In this document: positions 30,006-39,625 of the stretch, in pieces
How positions within the stretch are numbered: position 1 is the stretch's first letter
Layout: each line of letters begins with the position of its first letter
Assembly: GCA_046497505.1 (NCBI GenBank)
Contig: JAWOFN010000010.1
Location: 1 to 60,345 of the forward strand
DNA from: a bacterium
Lineage (GTDB): Bacteria > Blakebacterota > Blakebacteria > Blakebacterales > JAWOFN01
Direction of reading: 5' to 3'
Length of the DNA: 60,345 nucleotides
Translations under genes and position numbers: made by a program
The notes under the pieces: generated by a model
What the model saw: the letters and a program-made list of their open reading frames with translations, nothing else
Database searches by the model: none
What the model was told of the DNA's origin: nothing

Positions 30006-31292
30006 GTGGCAGGGATCCTCATCAAGGGCGGACGGGTCATCGATCCGTCCCAGGACATCGACAAGGTCACCGACGTGGTGGTGGAGGGCGGCCGCATCGA
30101 GGACCTCTCGAAGGTGGGCAAGGATGCCCAGGCGAACTACAAGACCGTCATCGATGCCTCGGGCCAGGTGGTCTGCCCCGGACTCATCGACCTCCACGTG
30201 CACTTCCGGGAGCCGGGCGAGGAGCACAAGGAGGACATCACCAGCGGGGTGGCGTCCGCCGCCGCCGGCGGGTTCACCGCCGTGGCGTGCATGCCGAACA
30301 CCAGGCCCCCCCTGGACGATCCCGGCCGTGTCCGCCGGCTGGTGGAGCGGGGCGAGGAGGAGCGCTTCAACGTCTGGCCCATCCCCGCCGTGAGCATGGA
30401 GCGGGAGGGGAAGGCCCTCACCGAGATGGCCGAGCTGGTAGACCTGGGCGCGGTGGGCTTCAGCGACGACGGCTCGCCGGTCTGGGACGCCCACCTCATG
30501 CGCACCGCCCTGGAGTACTCGAAGATGCTGGGCGTGCCGATCATCGAGCACGCCGAGGACACCCACCTCACCGTGCTGGGCAACATGCACGAGGGGAAGG
30601 CCTCGGCCATCCTGGGCGTGCGGGGCATGCCGGGCATCGCCGAGGACGTGGTGGTTGCCAGGGACATCATCCTGGCCGAGTACACCGGCGGGCACGTGCA
30701 CATCGCCCACCTCTCCACCGCGGCCAGCCTCGAGCTGGTCCGGGCCGCCAAGAAGCGAGGTGTGCGGGTGAGCTGCGAGGTCACCCCCCACCACCTCACC
30801 CTCACAGACGATGACGTTCGGGAGTCCGGCCTGGACACCCACTTCAAGATGTCGCCACCGCTGCGGTCGGCCGAGGACGTGAAGGCCCTCCGGAAGGGGC
30901 TGACGGATGGCACGGTGGACTTCATCGCCACCGACCACGCCCCCCATCACCTGGACGACAAGGACACCACCTTCGAAGATGCCGCCTTCGGCATCGTGGG
31001 CCTGGAGACCGCGCTCTCGGTGGTCCTCACCGACCTGGTGGAACCGGGGGTCATCGACCTGCCCACGGCCATCGACCTGATGAGCACCCGGGCGGCCGAG
31101 ACCTTCGGCATCGACGCCGGCACGCTCCACCCGGGCTCGGAGGCGAACATCACGATCTTCGACCCGAAGGCGGAGTGGACCGTGGACCCGGAGGCCTTTC
31201 GCTCCAAGAGCCGCAACACCCCCTGGAAGGGGCGGGGGCTGAAGGGCCGGGTCACCGGCCTGTTCGTGAAGGGGCGGCGGTTCAAGATCTAG
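30006..31292 (+). CDS. pyrC: Dihydroorotase
   Basis: DLHVHFREPG, MPNT, EVTPHH, KMSPPLR, TDHAPH and SKSRNTP motifs. Confidence 0.96.
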   Translation: MAGILIKGGRVIDPSQDIDKVTDVVVEGGRIEDLSKVGKDAQANYKTVIDASGQVVCPGLIDLHVHFREPGEEHKEDITSGVASAAAGGFTAVACMPNTRPPLDDPGRVRRLVERGEEERFNVWPIPAVSMEREGKALTEMAELVDLGAVGFSDDGSPVWDAHLMRTALEYSKMLGVPIIEHAEDTHLTVLGNMHEGKASAILGVRGMPGIAEDVVVARDIILAEYTGGHVHIAHLSTAASLELVRAAKKRGVRVSCEVTPHHLTLTDDDVRESGLDTHFKMSPPLRSAEDVKALRKGLTDGTVDFIATDHAPHHLDDKDTTFEDAAFGIVGLETALSVVLTDLVEPGVIDLPTAIDLMSTRAAETFGIDAGTLHPGSEANITIFDPKAEWTVDPEAFRSKSRNTPWKGRGLKGRVTGLFVKGRRFKI

Positions 31293-31893
31293 GAGCGGGC
31301 CCTTCCCCCGCTCCATCGGCGCGTCCGAGGGTGGTGAAGGTGTAGACCAGGCCGACACCTCGGTTGCGGGCTCCGTTCCGTCCCGCCTGCCCCATCGGAC
31401 CGCCCTGGCCGCCGTGGCCGCCATGCATCCCGGAGCCAGGTCCCTGACCTGCCATGGTACCGTTCCACTGGCCGCCGCTGTGCTGCTGGGCGGGGGTCAT
31501 GTCCACCGGACGGCCGGAGCCGTCCCGCAGCCCGCCCCCGACATTGAGCGTGTAGGTGGTGGCGGACCTCAGTGCTTCCACCGGTGTCACGGTGAGCACC
31601 GTGCCGTCCTCGCTCCAGGCGTAGGTCATCTCGACCACCGGGCCCTCCAGGTCCCCCTCGTGGAGGGTCACCTGGGGCTCACAGCTCGCCGGGTCCATGC
31701 GCCGGTCGAAGGTCAGCACGATCGGATCGGTCGGGCTGACGGCTTCGATACCGTCCTGGGGACTCACGGAGAGCAGGGCAGCGGTATCCTCCATCCCGGT
31801 CGGGGATCGGTCGCTGGAACACGCACCCAGGAGGATCGCGGGAACGAGCACGATGAGCATCGTGCGGAGGGTCCTGTTCGTTCGGACAGACAT
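31282..31893 (-). CDS. Lipoprotein with bacterial Ig-like (Big_5-type) domain and Gly/His/Met-rich tail
   Basis: Lipobox LLGAC; SVSPQDG..V....I.LTFDRRMD, TLTVTP..L...TTYTL and ..FTT Ig-like pattern. Confidence 0.75.
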   Translation of the reverse strand: MSVRTNRTLRTMLIVLVPAILLGACSSDRSPTGMEDTAALLSVSPQDGIEAVSPTDPIVLTFDRRMDPASCEPQVTLHEGDLEGPVVEMTYAWSEDGTVLTVTPVEALRSATTYTLNVGGGLRDGSGRPVDMTPAQQHSGGQWNGTMAGQGPGSGMHGGHGGQGGPMGQAGRNGARNRGVGLVYTFTTLGRADGAGEGPAPRS

Positions 31894-32016
31894 CTCGTTC
31901 TCCCTTCAGAGGTTGGTTTCGTACCCCTGTCTGCCTCTGCGACCCCGCCGGGAGGCGAGCCCCTTTGACCTAATTCCAAAATTCAGAGAGTTATGGAACA
32001 AAGGACGGTCTCGGTC

Positions 32017-32061
32017 TTGACCTGCTGCGAGCGTCGAAGATAGACTAGTCGCAGACTAGTA
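32017..32061 (+). promoter_or_regulatory. TA operon promoter with tandem operator palindromes
   Basis: TTGACC-18 nt-TAGACT; GACTAGTC (32043-50) and GACTAGTA (32054-61) overlap the -10/+1 region. Confidence 0.65.
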
Positions 32062-32074
32062 CGAAAGGAGGGGC

Positions 32075-32332
32075 ATGGTGGCGAGGGAAGGCAGGACGGT
32101 CGGCTCGTATGAGGCCAGGACCCACTTCTCGGAACTGATCGAAGAGGTCGAGGCGGGCGGGGAGATCACCATCACGCGGCACGGCACCCCTGTCGCCCGA
32201 TTGGTGCCCGTGGATACGGAGCCGACCCGGGAAGTCCGGGAGCGGGCCATCGAAGCATGGAGGAACGTCTCGGAGGATATCTCGCTCGGGAACCTCGACC
32301 TGAAGGAACTCATCCAGAAGGGCCGGTCGTGA
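32075..32332 (+). CDS. Phd/YefM family antitoxin
   Basis: EARTHFSELIEEVEAGGEITITRHGTPVARLVP. Confidence 0.92.
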   Translation: MVAREGRTVGSYEARTHFSELIEEVEAGGEITITRHGTPVARLVPVDTEPTREVRERAIEAWRNVSEDISLGNLDLKELIQKGRS

Positions 32333-32745
32333 GCGTCTCCTTCGTCCTGGATGCCTCCGTGACCCTATCCTGGTGCTTTCAGGATGAGGCTACCGAGGAG
32401 ACCCGCCGTATCCTCGATCGAATGGTGGTCGAGGCGGCCGTCGTTCCCGGGCTCTGGTCCCTGGAAGTCGTCAACGTACTGGCACTGGCAGAGCGTGCCG
32501 ACCGGATCGAACCGGCTCAGACCGCAACGTTCATCGAACTGCTCAGGACACTGCGGATCGAGGTGGAGGAGATATTCCCCGGTTCCGCATTCGACCGGCT
32601 CCTTGAGCTCTGCAGAAAGCACGCCCTGACGAGCTATGACGCGGCGTATCTGGACTTGGCACTGCGACGGAATCTGCCGCTGGCCTCGCTCGACGAGAGG
32701 CTGCGACGGGTGGCTGGCTCCCTCGGCATCGAGGTGCTGGGCTAA
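32329..32745 (+). CDS. VapC family PIN-domain toxin
   Basis: VLDAS, W.LEV.NVL, LTSYDAAYLDLA and LASLD..L motifs; GTGA overlap with the antitoxin. Confidence 0.92.
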   Translation: MSVSFVLDASVTLSWCFQDEATEETRRILDRMVVEAAVVPGLWSLEVVNVLALAERADRIEPAQTATFIELLRTLRIEVEEIFPGSAFDRLLELCRKHALTSYDAAYLDLALRRNLPLASLDERLRRVAGSLGIEVLG

Positions 32746-32820
32746 CGCGGCTGTCCCCCGCACCGTGGTTCTGGCAGCGTGTGGCGAGATGACCCGGCGC
32801 CGCGGATCCTTACTCCCCAT

Positions 32821-32852
32821 GGTCGCAGGTTCGAATCCTGCCCCCGCTACCA
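32821..32852 (+). pseudogene. 3' remnant of an initiator-type tRNA-Met (att-like scar)
   Basis: GGTCGCAGGTTCGAATCCTGCCCCCGCTACCA is an intact T-arm plus acceptor 3' strand and CCA; the 5' half and anticodon arm are degenerate. Confidence 0.75.
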
Positions 32853-32904
32853 ATCTTCAGAGTGACCCTCCCTGCTGCCTGTCAGGTCAGCCTGGCACGC
32901 CCAA

Positions 32905-32932
32905 CATACATCAATGTATGATGTATACATCA
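32905..32932 (+). promoter_or_regulatory. Operator palindromes of the second TA operon
   Basis: CATACAT-CA-ATGTATG and TGATGTATACATCA overlapping TATGAT (-10). Confidence 0.65.
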
Positions 32933-32959
32933 ACACGTTGACTCTTCGGGAGGCAGCCT

Positions 32960-33220
32960 GTGCGCAGAACGCAGATATATCTCACAGAGGAGGAGCGAGA
33001 AGCCTTGCGGCTGCTTTCGGAGCGGGAAGGCCGTCCCATGAGTGAACTCATCAGGGAGGCGGTGGATCGATACATCGCTCGCAGGTCCGCGTCCACCCGG
33101 GAGGAGGCTCTCCGCAATGCTCGGGGGATCTGGCGCGACCGGGACGACTTGCCCGACTTCGAACGGCTGCGTGCGGAGTTCGACCGGCTCCCGCTTGATC
33201 ACAGGGAGGGTGAAGGATGA
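32960..33220 (+). CDS. CopG/ribbon-helix-helix antitoxin
   Basis: RRTQIYLT...SELIREAVDRY...GIWRDR. Confidence 0.9.
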   Translation: MRRTQIYLTEEEREALRLLSEREGRPMSELIREAVDRYIARRSASTREEALRNARGIWRDRDDLPDFERLRAEFDRLPLDHREGEG

Positions 33221-33609
33221 AGGAGCGACTACTCCTGGACACCGATGTACTGATCGACTACCTCCGGGGTCGAGAGGCTGCTGTGGAGTGGCTGGAAGCG
33301 CGGACAGAGGACCTTCTGGTTTCAGTCATCACCGTCTCGGAGCTCGCCGTGGGTATCCGTGGAGAGGAAGAAGACCAGGCTCTGGAGGAGTTCCTGGACC
33401 TCTTCGAGGTCGTGCCTCTGGACCGGTCCATCGCCTCCCGGTCCGGACGGATCCGGCAGGCCCATGGCGCTGCCTCGAGTATGAGCCTGGCCGATGCGGT
33501 CATCGCAGCCTCCGCGATATCCAGGGAGGCCGTACTGCAGACGTTCAACTGGCGGCACTACCCGACGGTGGAGCGCATCCAGGAGCCCTATGATCGCGGC
33601 AGTGCCTGA
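33217..33609 (+). CDS. VapC family PIN-domain toxin
   Basis: LLDTDVLIDYLRG, SVITVSEL, DAVIAASA and TFN.RHY motifs. Confidence 0.92.
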   Translation: MKERLLLDTDVLIDYLRGREAAVEWLEARTEDLLVSVITVSELAVGIRGEEEDQALEEFLDLFEVVPLDRSIASRSGRIRQAHGAASSMSLADAVIAASAISREAVLQTFNWRHYPTVERIQEPYDRGSA

Positions 33610-33652
33610 GAGGGTCTGTGATGAGTACGATGACGCGAAGGAGTGATCGAAC

Positions 33653-34117
33653 ATGAGATGGCTGGCACTGGTAGCGTTCCTGGCCGCCTGCTTCCTGGTG
33701 GCAGGGCTCGGCGGGTGGTTCACCTCCATGGGCATGCCGGAATGGTATGCTTCCCTCCAGAAGCCCTCCTGGAACCCACCCTCCTGGGTCTTCGCTCCGG
33801 TCTGGACGACCCTCTACGTGATGATGGCCCTGGCAGCCTGGCTGGTCTGGAAGGAGGCGGGATTCAGCGGAGCGGCGGCAGCCCTGAGCCTGTTCTTCGT
33901 CCAGCTGCTGCTGAACCTCGCCTGGTCGGGACTCTTCTTCGGGCTGCAGAGTCCAGGATGGGCGATGATCGAACTCGTGGTACTGTGGGCGGCGATCCTG
34001 GTCGCCACCGTGCTCTTCTTCCGGCACAGTGCGGCGGCAGGGGCCCTGCTGGTCCCCTACCTGCTGTGGGTCACCTTCGCGGGCTTCCTCAACGCGGCGA
34101 TCGTCCGGCTGAACTGA
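33653..34117 (+). CDS. tspO: TspO/MBR tryptophan-rich sensory protein
   Basis: WY..L.KPSWNPP.WVF.PVWT.LY and LLVPYLLWVTFA..LN motifs. Confidence 0.94.
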   Translation: MRWLALVAFLAACFLVAGLGGWFTSMGMPEWYASLQKPSWNPPSWVFAPVWTTLYVMMALAAWLVWKEAGFSGAAAALSLFFVQLLLNLAWSGLFFGLQSPGWAMIELVVLWAAILVATVLFFRHSAAAGALLVPYLLWVTFAGFLNAAIVRLN

Positions 34118-34138
34118 CCGCACCGTCCCGGGCAGCGG

Positions 34139-34984
34139 TCAGTCCATCTGCCAGAAGGAGAACAGGTCGCGACCCACCAGATCGCTCAGCGCCACCACAT
34201 CCTCCCGATATCTCGCGACCAGCTCTCTTCGCAGATCGGACGTGATCTCGGGGGGTTCGGGGTCCCGTCCCATGGTTTTCAGCCCCTTCAGGATGCGTCC
34301 CGGCAGCAGTCGTCTGCCCAGTCCCTTCAGGAACGGGATCTTTGCGACCCTCCGAGCCCAGTGCGGCGGGATCTCCTTGTCAGCCGTCACGTTGCGGGGC
34401 GAGCGATCGGGGGGGACGAAGGAGGGGTCGACTCCCAGGAACGCGAAGACCTCGGGCACGACCGACTCAGGGTCCCGGACGAAGTCCTCGAAGAGGACGA
34501 TATGCCAGCGTTCAGGTGAACTGAAAGGCAGGTACTGTTCGATCTGCAGATAGTATCGGCCGTAGTCGATCAGATCAGGCCTCCGCTCGATCATCTCTTC
34601 CAGGGGCCGCCGCGGGGTGCCCCGGTACCACAGGTGCATACAGTGGGAGACCAGCCGGTCCAGGGGGTTGCGCACGACGTACACATACCGGACATCTCCC
34701 AGTGTCCTGTGGATACGATCCGCAGCTTGGTCGACGACCGGATACATGGTGTAGGTGGTGGAGGCCTCGCCTACCGCCTCGGCTTCCTCCGCACCCCTGA
34801 AGAACTCCTGATACCAACCCACCCCCTTCACCCACTTCTCATCGGAGGAGAAGAAGTGCAGTTCCTTGAGTCCCGGCATGAAGACATCCGGGTGGCTCGC
34901 CAGTTGGTTCGCAAGGGAGGTCGTACCGCACTTCATGGCACCGGGCAGCAGGAAGTTCGGCAGCGTGGTGAGTTCTGTGGTCAT
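34139..34984 (-). CDS. Sulfotransferase family protein
   Basis: PNF..GAMKCGTTSL PAPS loop, KELHFF, GEASTTY and RNPLDRLVS motifs. Confidence 0.9.
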   Translation of the reverse strand: MTTELTTLPNFLLPGAMKCGTTSLANQLASHPDVFMPGLKELHFFSSDEKWVKGVGWYQEFFRGAEEAEAVGEASTTYTMYPVVDQAADRIHRTLGDVRYVYVVRNPLDRLVSHCMHLWYRGTPRRPLEEMIERRPDLIDYGRYYLQIEQYLPFSSPERWHIVLFEDFVRDPESVVPEVFAFLGVDPSFVPPDRSPRNVTADKEIPPHWARRVAKIPFLKGLGRRLLPGRILKGLKTMGRDPEPPEITSDLRRELVARYREDVVALSDLVGRDLFSFWQMD

Positions 34985-36555
34985 CAATAGACGTAGATCG
35001 TCTGCTGGTCCCGCCTGTAAGCCTCCAGATTCGCCCGCATGTGCGTCAGGTAGATCCGAAGGGGGTAGGCCTTCATGAAGCGGGCGATACTCCCCAGTTC
35101 CGGATCGGGAAGATGCCCCTCAGCGTATTCCAGTTCCTTCTCCAGCAACCCGACCATCGTCTCTTGATACTCAGCAGCCAGGTCGTAGTCACCCAGGTTC
35201 GCCACACTGCGAGCCAGGTAGTGCAGGATATCGGTGTTCGTCACCTCGAACCAGGTCTCGGGGAGCGCCTCCCGGAACAGTTTTGCGGCCTTTTTATAAT
35301 CTCGTCCCCGTTCTGCTTTGAACGCCTTCTGGAGGGTCTTTCTGAGGCGGTCGTTACCCGAGGCATCGTAGGTAGGATGTGCCTCCCTCGAGTCCGGCCA
35401 CCGATCGCGGAGGAATCGATCGGGGTCTTCCCGCTCACCATCCACGTAGAGTTCCACATGCAGATAGGGATCGACACCCTTGAGCGAGCGGTCCACCTTC
35501 CTGACCTGTCCGAGGATCTCTCCTTCTCCTACCTTGGCTCCCACCGGGACCGTGGGCATCAGACCCAGCAGACGTACGACCCGATTCGAATCTGCACCGG
35601 TACCTTCTACGACGATGCCGGTCCACTCCGAATCGAGATGGACAGGCACTACGTGGGATAGGACCTGCCCCTGGATCGGTGACAGCACGTCCTCTCCCAT
35701 ATCTGCGAGGACATCCCGTCCTGCGTGCTCGGTGGAAGGTGCCCCCTCAAGCCACTGGAATCCCTTGAGGAGTGTCGTCGCATAGGATCGCTCGACAGGG
35801 TTGTCTGCCGCTTCGTAAGAAAGACCGGTGATGTACAGGATGTCCCTCAGCTTGGTCTCCCAGGGTGAGGGCGGGCCGAAGAGGCGTTCCAGACGTTCCC
35901 TTCCCTTCTTGTCTGGTTCGTAGATGATGTCGCTGCGCAGATCGTATTCCTTCTCTTCGAGTATCTGTTGGAAGGTCTCTCTGAGAGCCCCCCCCGTGAA
36001 GTTGTCAAGAAGGTCTCGGGAGAGGACGTAGGCCGCCATCTCCACGAAAGTGTTGTTCACACGGTTGATCACTTCGGTCTCGGGAGACATCAACCGATCG
36101 TAGGCATGCTGGAGTTCGTGGGCGAAGATGGCACCGGCGAAATGAGGGTCGATGGGGATCTTCGGGATGAAGATCGTCTTCAGATCATCGCGGAAGTAAT
36201 ACTCCAGACCACTGGTTGAGGGAGGGTGGATGGTGACCCAGAAGGCGTTCCCTCTGGAACGGGCGTTGGTGGACTCGATCTGCTCTATCGGGGCCAGGCT
36301 GGCGTTCATGCTGAGAAAGTCGCGGAGCCGCTCACCCCAGGCGTGACCCTCCACCACCTCGGCGAAACCCCGGAATATATAGGCCCAGTAGGCAGCATCT
36401 CCCATGGTCTCTACCTCGCTGAACGAGAGGACGCGGGAGGTGGGTCCGTCGTCAGATTGAGCCGGCGCCGAAGGTGAGATCACCAGGGAGAGGAGCACCA
36501 TGGTCGCCGACATCACGAGGGTACGGATGATGGTTCGGGGAACAGGAGGGTGCAT
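34984..36555 (-). CDS. Secreted hypothetical protein with HExxH motif, degenerate M23-like segment and C-terminal TPR-like helices
   Basis: Signal peptide; FAHELQHA; SPIQGQV..KVGEGEILG...YLHVELY.DG..EDP; DYKKAAKLFREAL and GDYDLAAEY. Confidence 0.65.
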   Translation of the reverse strand: MHPPVPRTIIRTLVMSATMVLLSLVISPSAPAQSDDGPTSRVLSFSEVETMGDAAYWAYIFRGFAEVVEGHAWGERLRDFLSMNASLAPIEQIESTNARSRGNAFWVTIHPPSTSGLEYYFRDDLKTIFIPKIPIDPHFAGAIFAHELQHAYDRLMSPETEVINRVNNTFVEMAAYVLSRDLLDNFTGGALRETFQQILEEKEYDLRSDIIYEPDKKGRERLERLFGPPSPWETKLRDILYITGLSYEAADNPVERSYATTLLKGFQWLEGAPSTEHAGRDVLADMGEDVLSPIQGQVLSHVVPVHLDSEWTGIVVEGTGADSNRVVRLLGLMPTVPVGAKVGEGEILGQVRKVDRSLKGVDPYLHVELYVDGEREDPDRFLRDRWPDSREAHPTYDASGNDRLRKTLQKAFKAERGRDYKKAAKLFREALPETWFEVTNTDILHYLARSVANLGDYDLAAEYQETMVGLLEKELEYAEGHLPDPELGSIARFMKAYPLRIYLTHMRANLEAYRRDQQTIYVY

Positions 36556-36734
36556 GACGATCTCCTGAATGATGTATGCGGGGGCAGCTTTCGAACATGA
36601 GAACGACCGAGCTCGACTTCGAGTTTATACGATCAGGATAAACAGTCTCCAGTCGCCGGTCGTTCCTCCGACCGGAAAGTCGAGGATCACCCGGCCTGAA
36701 CGGCCGCTTCACACCATCAGCAGGAGGTCATGCC

Positions 36735-37469
36735 GTGCGTTCTCACCCCGTCACCGACGTCGCACTCCTGGTACTGATCGGCTTGGCGGGCTGTGCCGGC
36801 CCGAATGCAGCCACGCTGGCACCCTACCGGGAGATGGTGAAACAGAACCCCGAGAGTGCGGAGGCACACTATGAACTCGGATCGGCTGCGTTGGCCGTAG
36901 AGGAATACAAGCTCGCCAAGAAGGAATTCCGGCGAGTCCTCGAACTCGAGCCGGACCACGAACAGGCGAGGTTGAAGAAAGCAAGGTCCCATGAGGGGCT
37001 CTCCGAATATATGGAAGCATGCGAGATCTACAGAGTGATCCTCGAGCAGGACCCCGAACACCGGGAAGCCAACATCGGCCTCGGGAACGTCGACATGGTG
37101 CTCATCATGGACTTCGAGATGCTGGGCAGTATGTGGTTCTTCGGTTCCGACTCCCGGCTCACGAGGATCCAGTATGCCCTGCTCGATGAACTGGGGCTCA
37201 CTTACGAAGAGATGATGGGGATCTACCAGGAAGCCATGGACACATGGCGAAAGATGGTAAGACTGGAAGAACGAAATGCTGAGTTCTGGTGCAACCTGGG
37301 TGTGATCGCGAACCTCACCAATAATTTCGATGGGGCGCGGATATCGTTCGAACAGGCTCTGAAGCACAAGCCTGATGCATTGAAGGACAGAGAGTTCCTC
37401 ACCGAGGTCTACAGTGCCTCGATGGGCAACAAACGGTGGGTGCCGGATGTACCATGGTCCAAGCCTTGA
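36735..37469 (+). CDS. TPR-repeat lipoprotein
   Basis: Lipobox LAGC; NPESAEAHYELG, LELEPDH and WCNLGVI TPR motifs. Confidence 0.85.
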   Translation: MRSHPVTDVALLVLIGLAGCAGPNAATLAPYREMVKQNPESAEAHYELGSAALAVEEYKLAKKEFRRVLELEPDHEQARLKKARSHEGLSEYMEACEIYRVILEQDPEHREANIGLGNVDMVLIMDFEMLGSMWFFGSDSRLTRIQYALLDELGLTYEEMMGIYQEAMDTWRKMVRLEERNAEFWCNLGVIANLTNNFDGARISFEQALKHKPDALKDREFLTEVYSASMGNKRWVPDVPWSKP

Positions 37470-37559
37470 GTGACGGTTTCGGATCCACCTTCTTGCGGGT
37501 GTGTGCCCTGGCCGTTCTCCTCGAGGGAGAATGCGTACCTCTGACCGATCCCTCTCCGC

Positions 37560-37588
37560 TTGACACCCCCCGGGGGCCTCCATACCTT
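37560..37588 (+). promoter_or_regulatory. Sigma70 promoter of the rplM operon
   Basis: TTGACA-17 nt-TACCTT, followed by a leader hairpin (ATGTGTGT...GCACACAC). Confidence 0.7.
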
Positions 37589-37680
37589 TCCCAGTCTGGA
37601 AAATCAGGGGGAATGTGTGTCTGGACCCTGCTGCACACACACTTCTGTATCCCTCCCGAAGCGAAACGGAATATGGGAAG

Positions 37681-38115
37681 ATGAAGACGTTCAGCACGAC
37701 GCCGAAGGACATCGATCGCGAATGGCACCTCGTGGACGCCGAGGGTCAGATCCTGGGGCGCCTGGCCAGCCGGGTAGTCTCTGTCCTGCGGGGGAAGCAC
37801 AAGCCGTACTACGCTCCCCACCTGGACACGGGTGACCACGTGGTCATTATCAACGCTGAGAAGATCGCCGTGACCGGGAACAAGATGGACGACAAGGTCT
37901 ATCAGCGGTACACGGGCTGGCCCGGCGGTGTGCGTACTGCGACCCTCAGGGAGCGTCTCGCCAAGGAGCCCGAGAAGGTCCTTCGCGGTGCCATCAAGGG
38001 GATGCTCCCCCGCGGCCCTCTCGGACGCCAGGTGCTCCGCAAGCTGAACGTATATGCCGGTCCGGACCACCCGCACCAGGCCCAGCAGCCCAAGCCGATG
38101 GAAATCGAGGAGTAA
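37681..38115 (+). CDS. rplM: 50S ribosomal protein L13
   Basis: WHLVDA...LGRLAS...LRGKHKP...DTGDHV...GMLP...HPHQAQQP. Confidence 0.98.
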   Translation: MKTFSTTPKDIDREWHLVDAEGQILGRLASRVVSVLRGKHKPYYAPHLDTGDHVVIINAEKIAVTGNKMDDKVYQRYTGWPGGVRTATLRERLAKEPEKVLRGAIKGMLPRGPLGRQVLRKLNVYAGPDHPHQAQQPKPMEIEE

Positions 38116-38122
38116 GAGCAGC

Positions 38123-38518
38123 ATGCCGGAAGACTTCTACCACGCGATCGGACGCCGCAAGGAGGCCAGTGCCCGGGTGTATCTGCATCCGAACGGCTCG
38201 GGCAAGGTCACCATCAACGGCAGGTCCTTCGAAGATTACCTGCCTCGTCCCACCCACCGGATGTCCGTGGTCAAGCCGCTGGAACTGGTGGACCACCGCG
38301 ACACGTTCGATATCGAGTGCAACGTGGGCGGAGGCGGTCTGACAGGTCAGTCGGATGCCATCAAGCTTGGGATCGCCCGGGCCCTTTTGATCTACAACGA
38401 GGGCCTTCGGGATGTACTCAAGGAGAACGACATGCTCACCCGGGATCCCCGGGAGAAAGAGCGCAAGAAGTACGGGCTCGCCGGCGCCCGGAAGCGCTTC
38501 CAGTTCAGCAAGCGCTAG
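38123..38518 (+). CDS. rpsI: 30S ribosomal protein S9
   Basis: GRRKEASARV, GGGLTGQ and ERKKYGLAGARKRFQFSKR. Confidence 0.98.
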   Translation: MPEDFYHAIGRRKEASARVYLHPNGSGKVTINGRSFEDYLPRPTHRMSVVKPLELVDHRDTFDIECNVGGGGLTGQSDAIKLGIARALLIYNEGLRDVLKENDMLTRDPREKERKKYGLAGARKRFQFSKR

Positions 38519-38564
38519 ATCCAGTCGGACCGTCGGCCGGGTCTTCTGCCCGGTCGCACGAGCT

Positions 38565-38684
38565 CACACGGTTTCCTGATCCCACCGCGGGGTCCCCGGC
38601 GCAGACGCGACTTCGCCGCCCGGGGCCGCAGGGAGACGACGGGACCGGACGGAAAAACCAGCATACCTCGTTGGAGGCACTTTC
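38565..38684 (+). promoter_or_regulatory. Probable rpsB (S2) autoregulatory leader
   Basis: CACAC start, GGGGT-containing GC-rich stems (CCCCGG...CCGGGG) and GGAGG RBS, resembling S2 leaders. Confidence 0.5.
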
Positions 38685-39566
38685 ATGGCAGAGGTAACGA
38701 TCAAGGACCTGCTCAAGGCAGGGGTCCATTTCGGTCACCAGACCCACCGATGGAACCCGAAGATGAAGAAATTCATCTTCACCGAGCGGAACGGCATCTA
38801 CATCCTCGATCTCAAGAAGACCAAAAAGAACCTGGACGAGGCCGTGGCGCTGGTCAAGCGCACGGTCGAGAACAACAAGAAGATCCTTTTCGTCGGCACG
38901 AAGAAGCAGGCCAAGGGGATCATCGAGGAAGAGGCTAAGCGCTGTCGGATGCCCTATGTCACCGAGCGCTGGTTGGGCGGGATGCTCACGAACTACCAGA
39001 CCATCCGTCGTTCCCTGCGCAAGCTCAACGAGTTGGATGAGCTGCTGGAAGGTCTCGATCCCGATTCCTCCATGGAGGATGCCGAGCACGGGTTCACGAA
39101 GAAGGAGATCCTGAACCGATTCCGTGAGCGGGAGAAGCTCAACCGGGCCCTCGGCGGTATCCGCGAGATGGGCGGACTGCCCGGGGTGGTCTTCATCGTC
39201 GACACCAATGCCGAGTACATCGCGGTCAACGAGGCCAACAAGCTGGATATCCCGGTGATCGCCATCGTGGACACGAATGTGGATCCCGACCCCATCGATT
39301 ACCCCATCCCGGGGAACGATGATGCGCTGCGGTCGATCCGTGTCATCACGAAGGCCCTGGCCGATGCGGCCATCGAGGGGCTGATGAAGGTCAAGCCGGA
39401 GGCGCTCCAGGAACTCGAAGAAGAAGAGATGGACATGGACATCCCGGCCAAGATCCGGGTCGAGGAGATCGTGGACGAGGAGGATGAGGGCACCAAGTCG
39501 AAGTCCAAGGGTAAGGCGAAGAGCACGAAGCGCTCTTCGAAGAAGACAGCGAAGAAAGAGTCGTGA
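38685..39566 (+). CDS. rpsB: 30S ribosomal protein S2
   Basis: [27 protein letters not shown] and IPGNDDA. Confidence 0.98.
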   Translation: MAEVTIKDLLKAGVHFGHQTHRWNPKMKKFIFTERNGIYILDLKKTKKNLDEAVALVKRTVENNKKILFVGTKKQAKGIIEEEAKRCRMPYVTERWLGGMLTNYQTIRRSLRKLNELDELLEGLDPDSSMEDAEHGFTKKEILNRFREREKLNRALGGIREMGGLPGVVFIVDTNAEYIAVNEANKLDIPVIAIVDTNVDPDPIDYPIPGNDDALRSIRVITKALADAAIEGLMKVKPEALQELEEEEMDMDIPAKIRVEEIVDEEDEGTKSKSKGKAKSTKRSSKKTAKKES

Positions 39567-39625
39567 TCGGGACCGGCGCTCCAGGCCGGTGAGTGATTCG
39601 AAGGACAAGACCGCAAGGTAGGAAC

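Noticed and set aside
31964-32000. dif/pdif-like half-sites TTTGACCTAA ... TTATGGAACA next to the TA module
   Set aside because: The spacer is 17 bp rather than the 6 bp required for an XerCD site.
32775-32852. Full-length functional tRNA
   Set aside because: The acceptor 5' strand, D-arm and anticodon arm do not pair properly; only the 3' 32 nt are tRNA-like.
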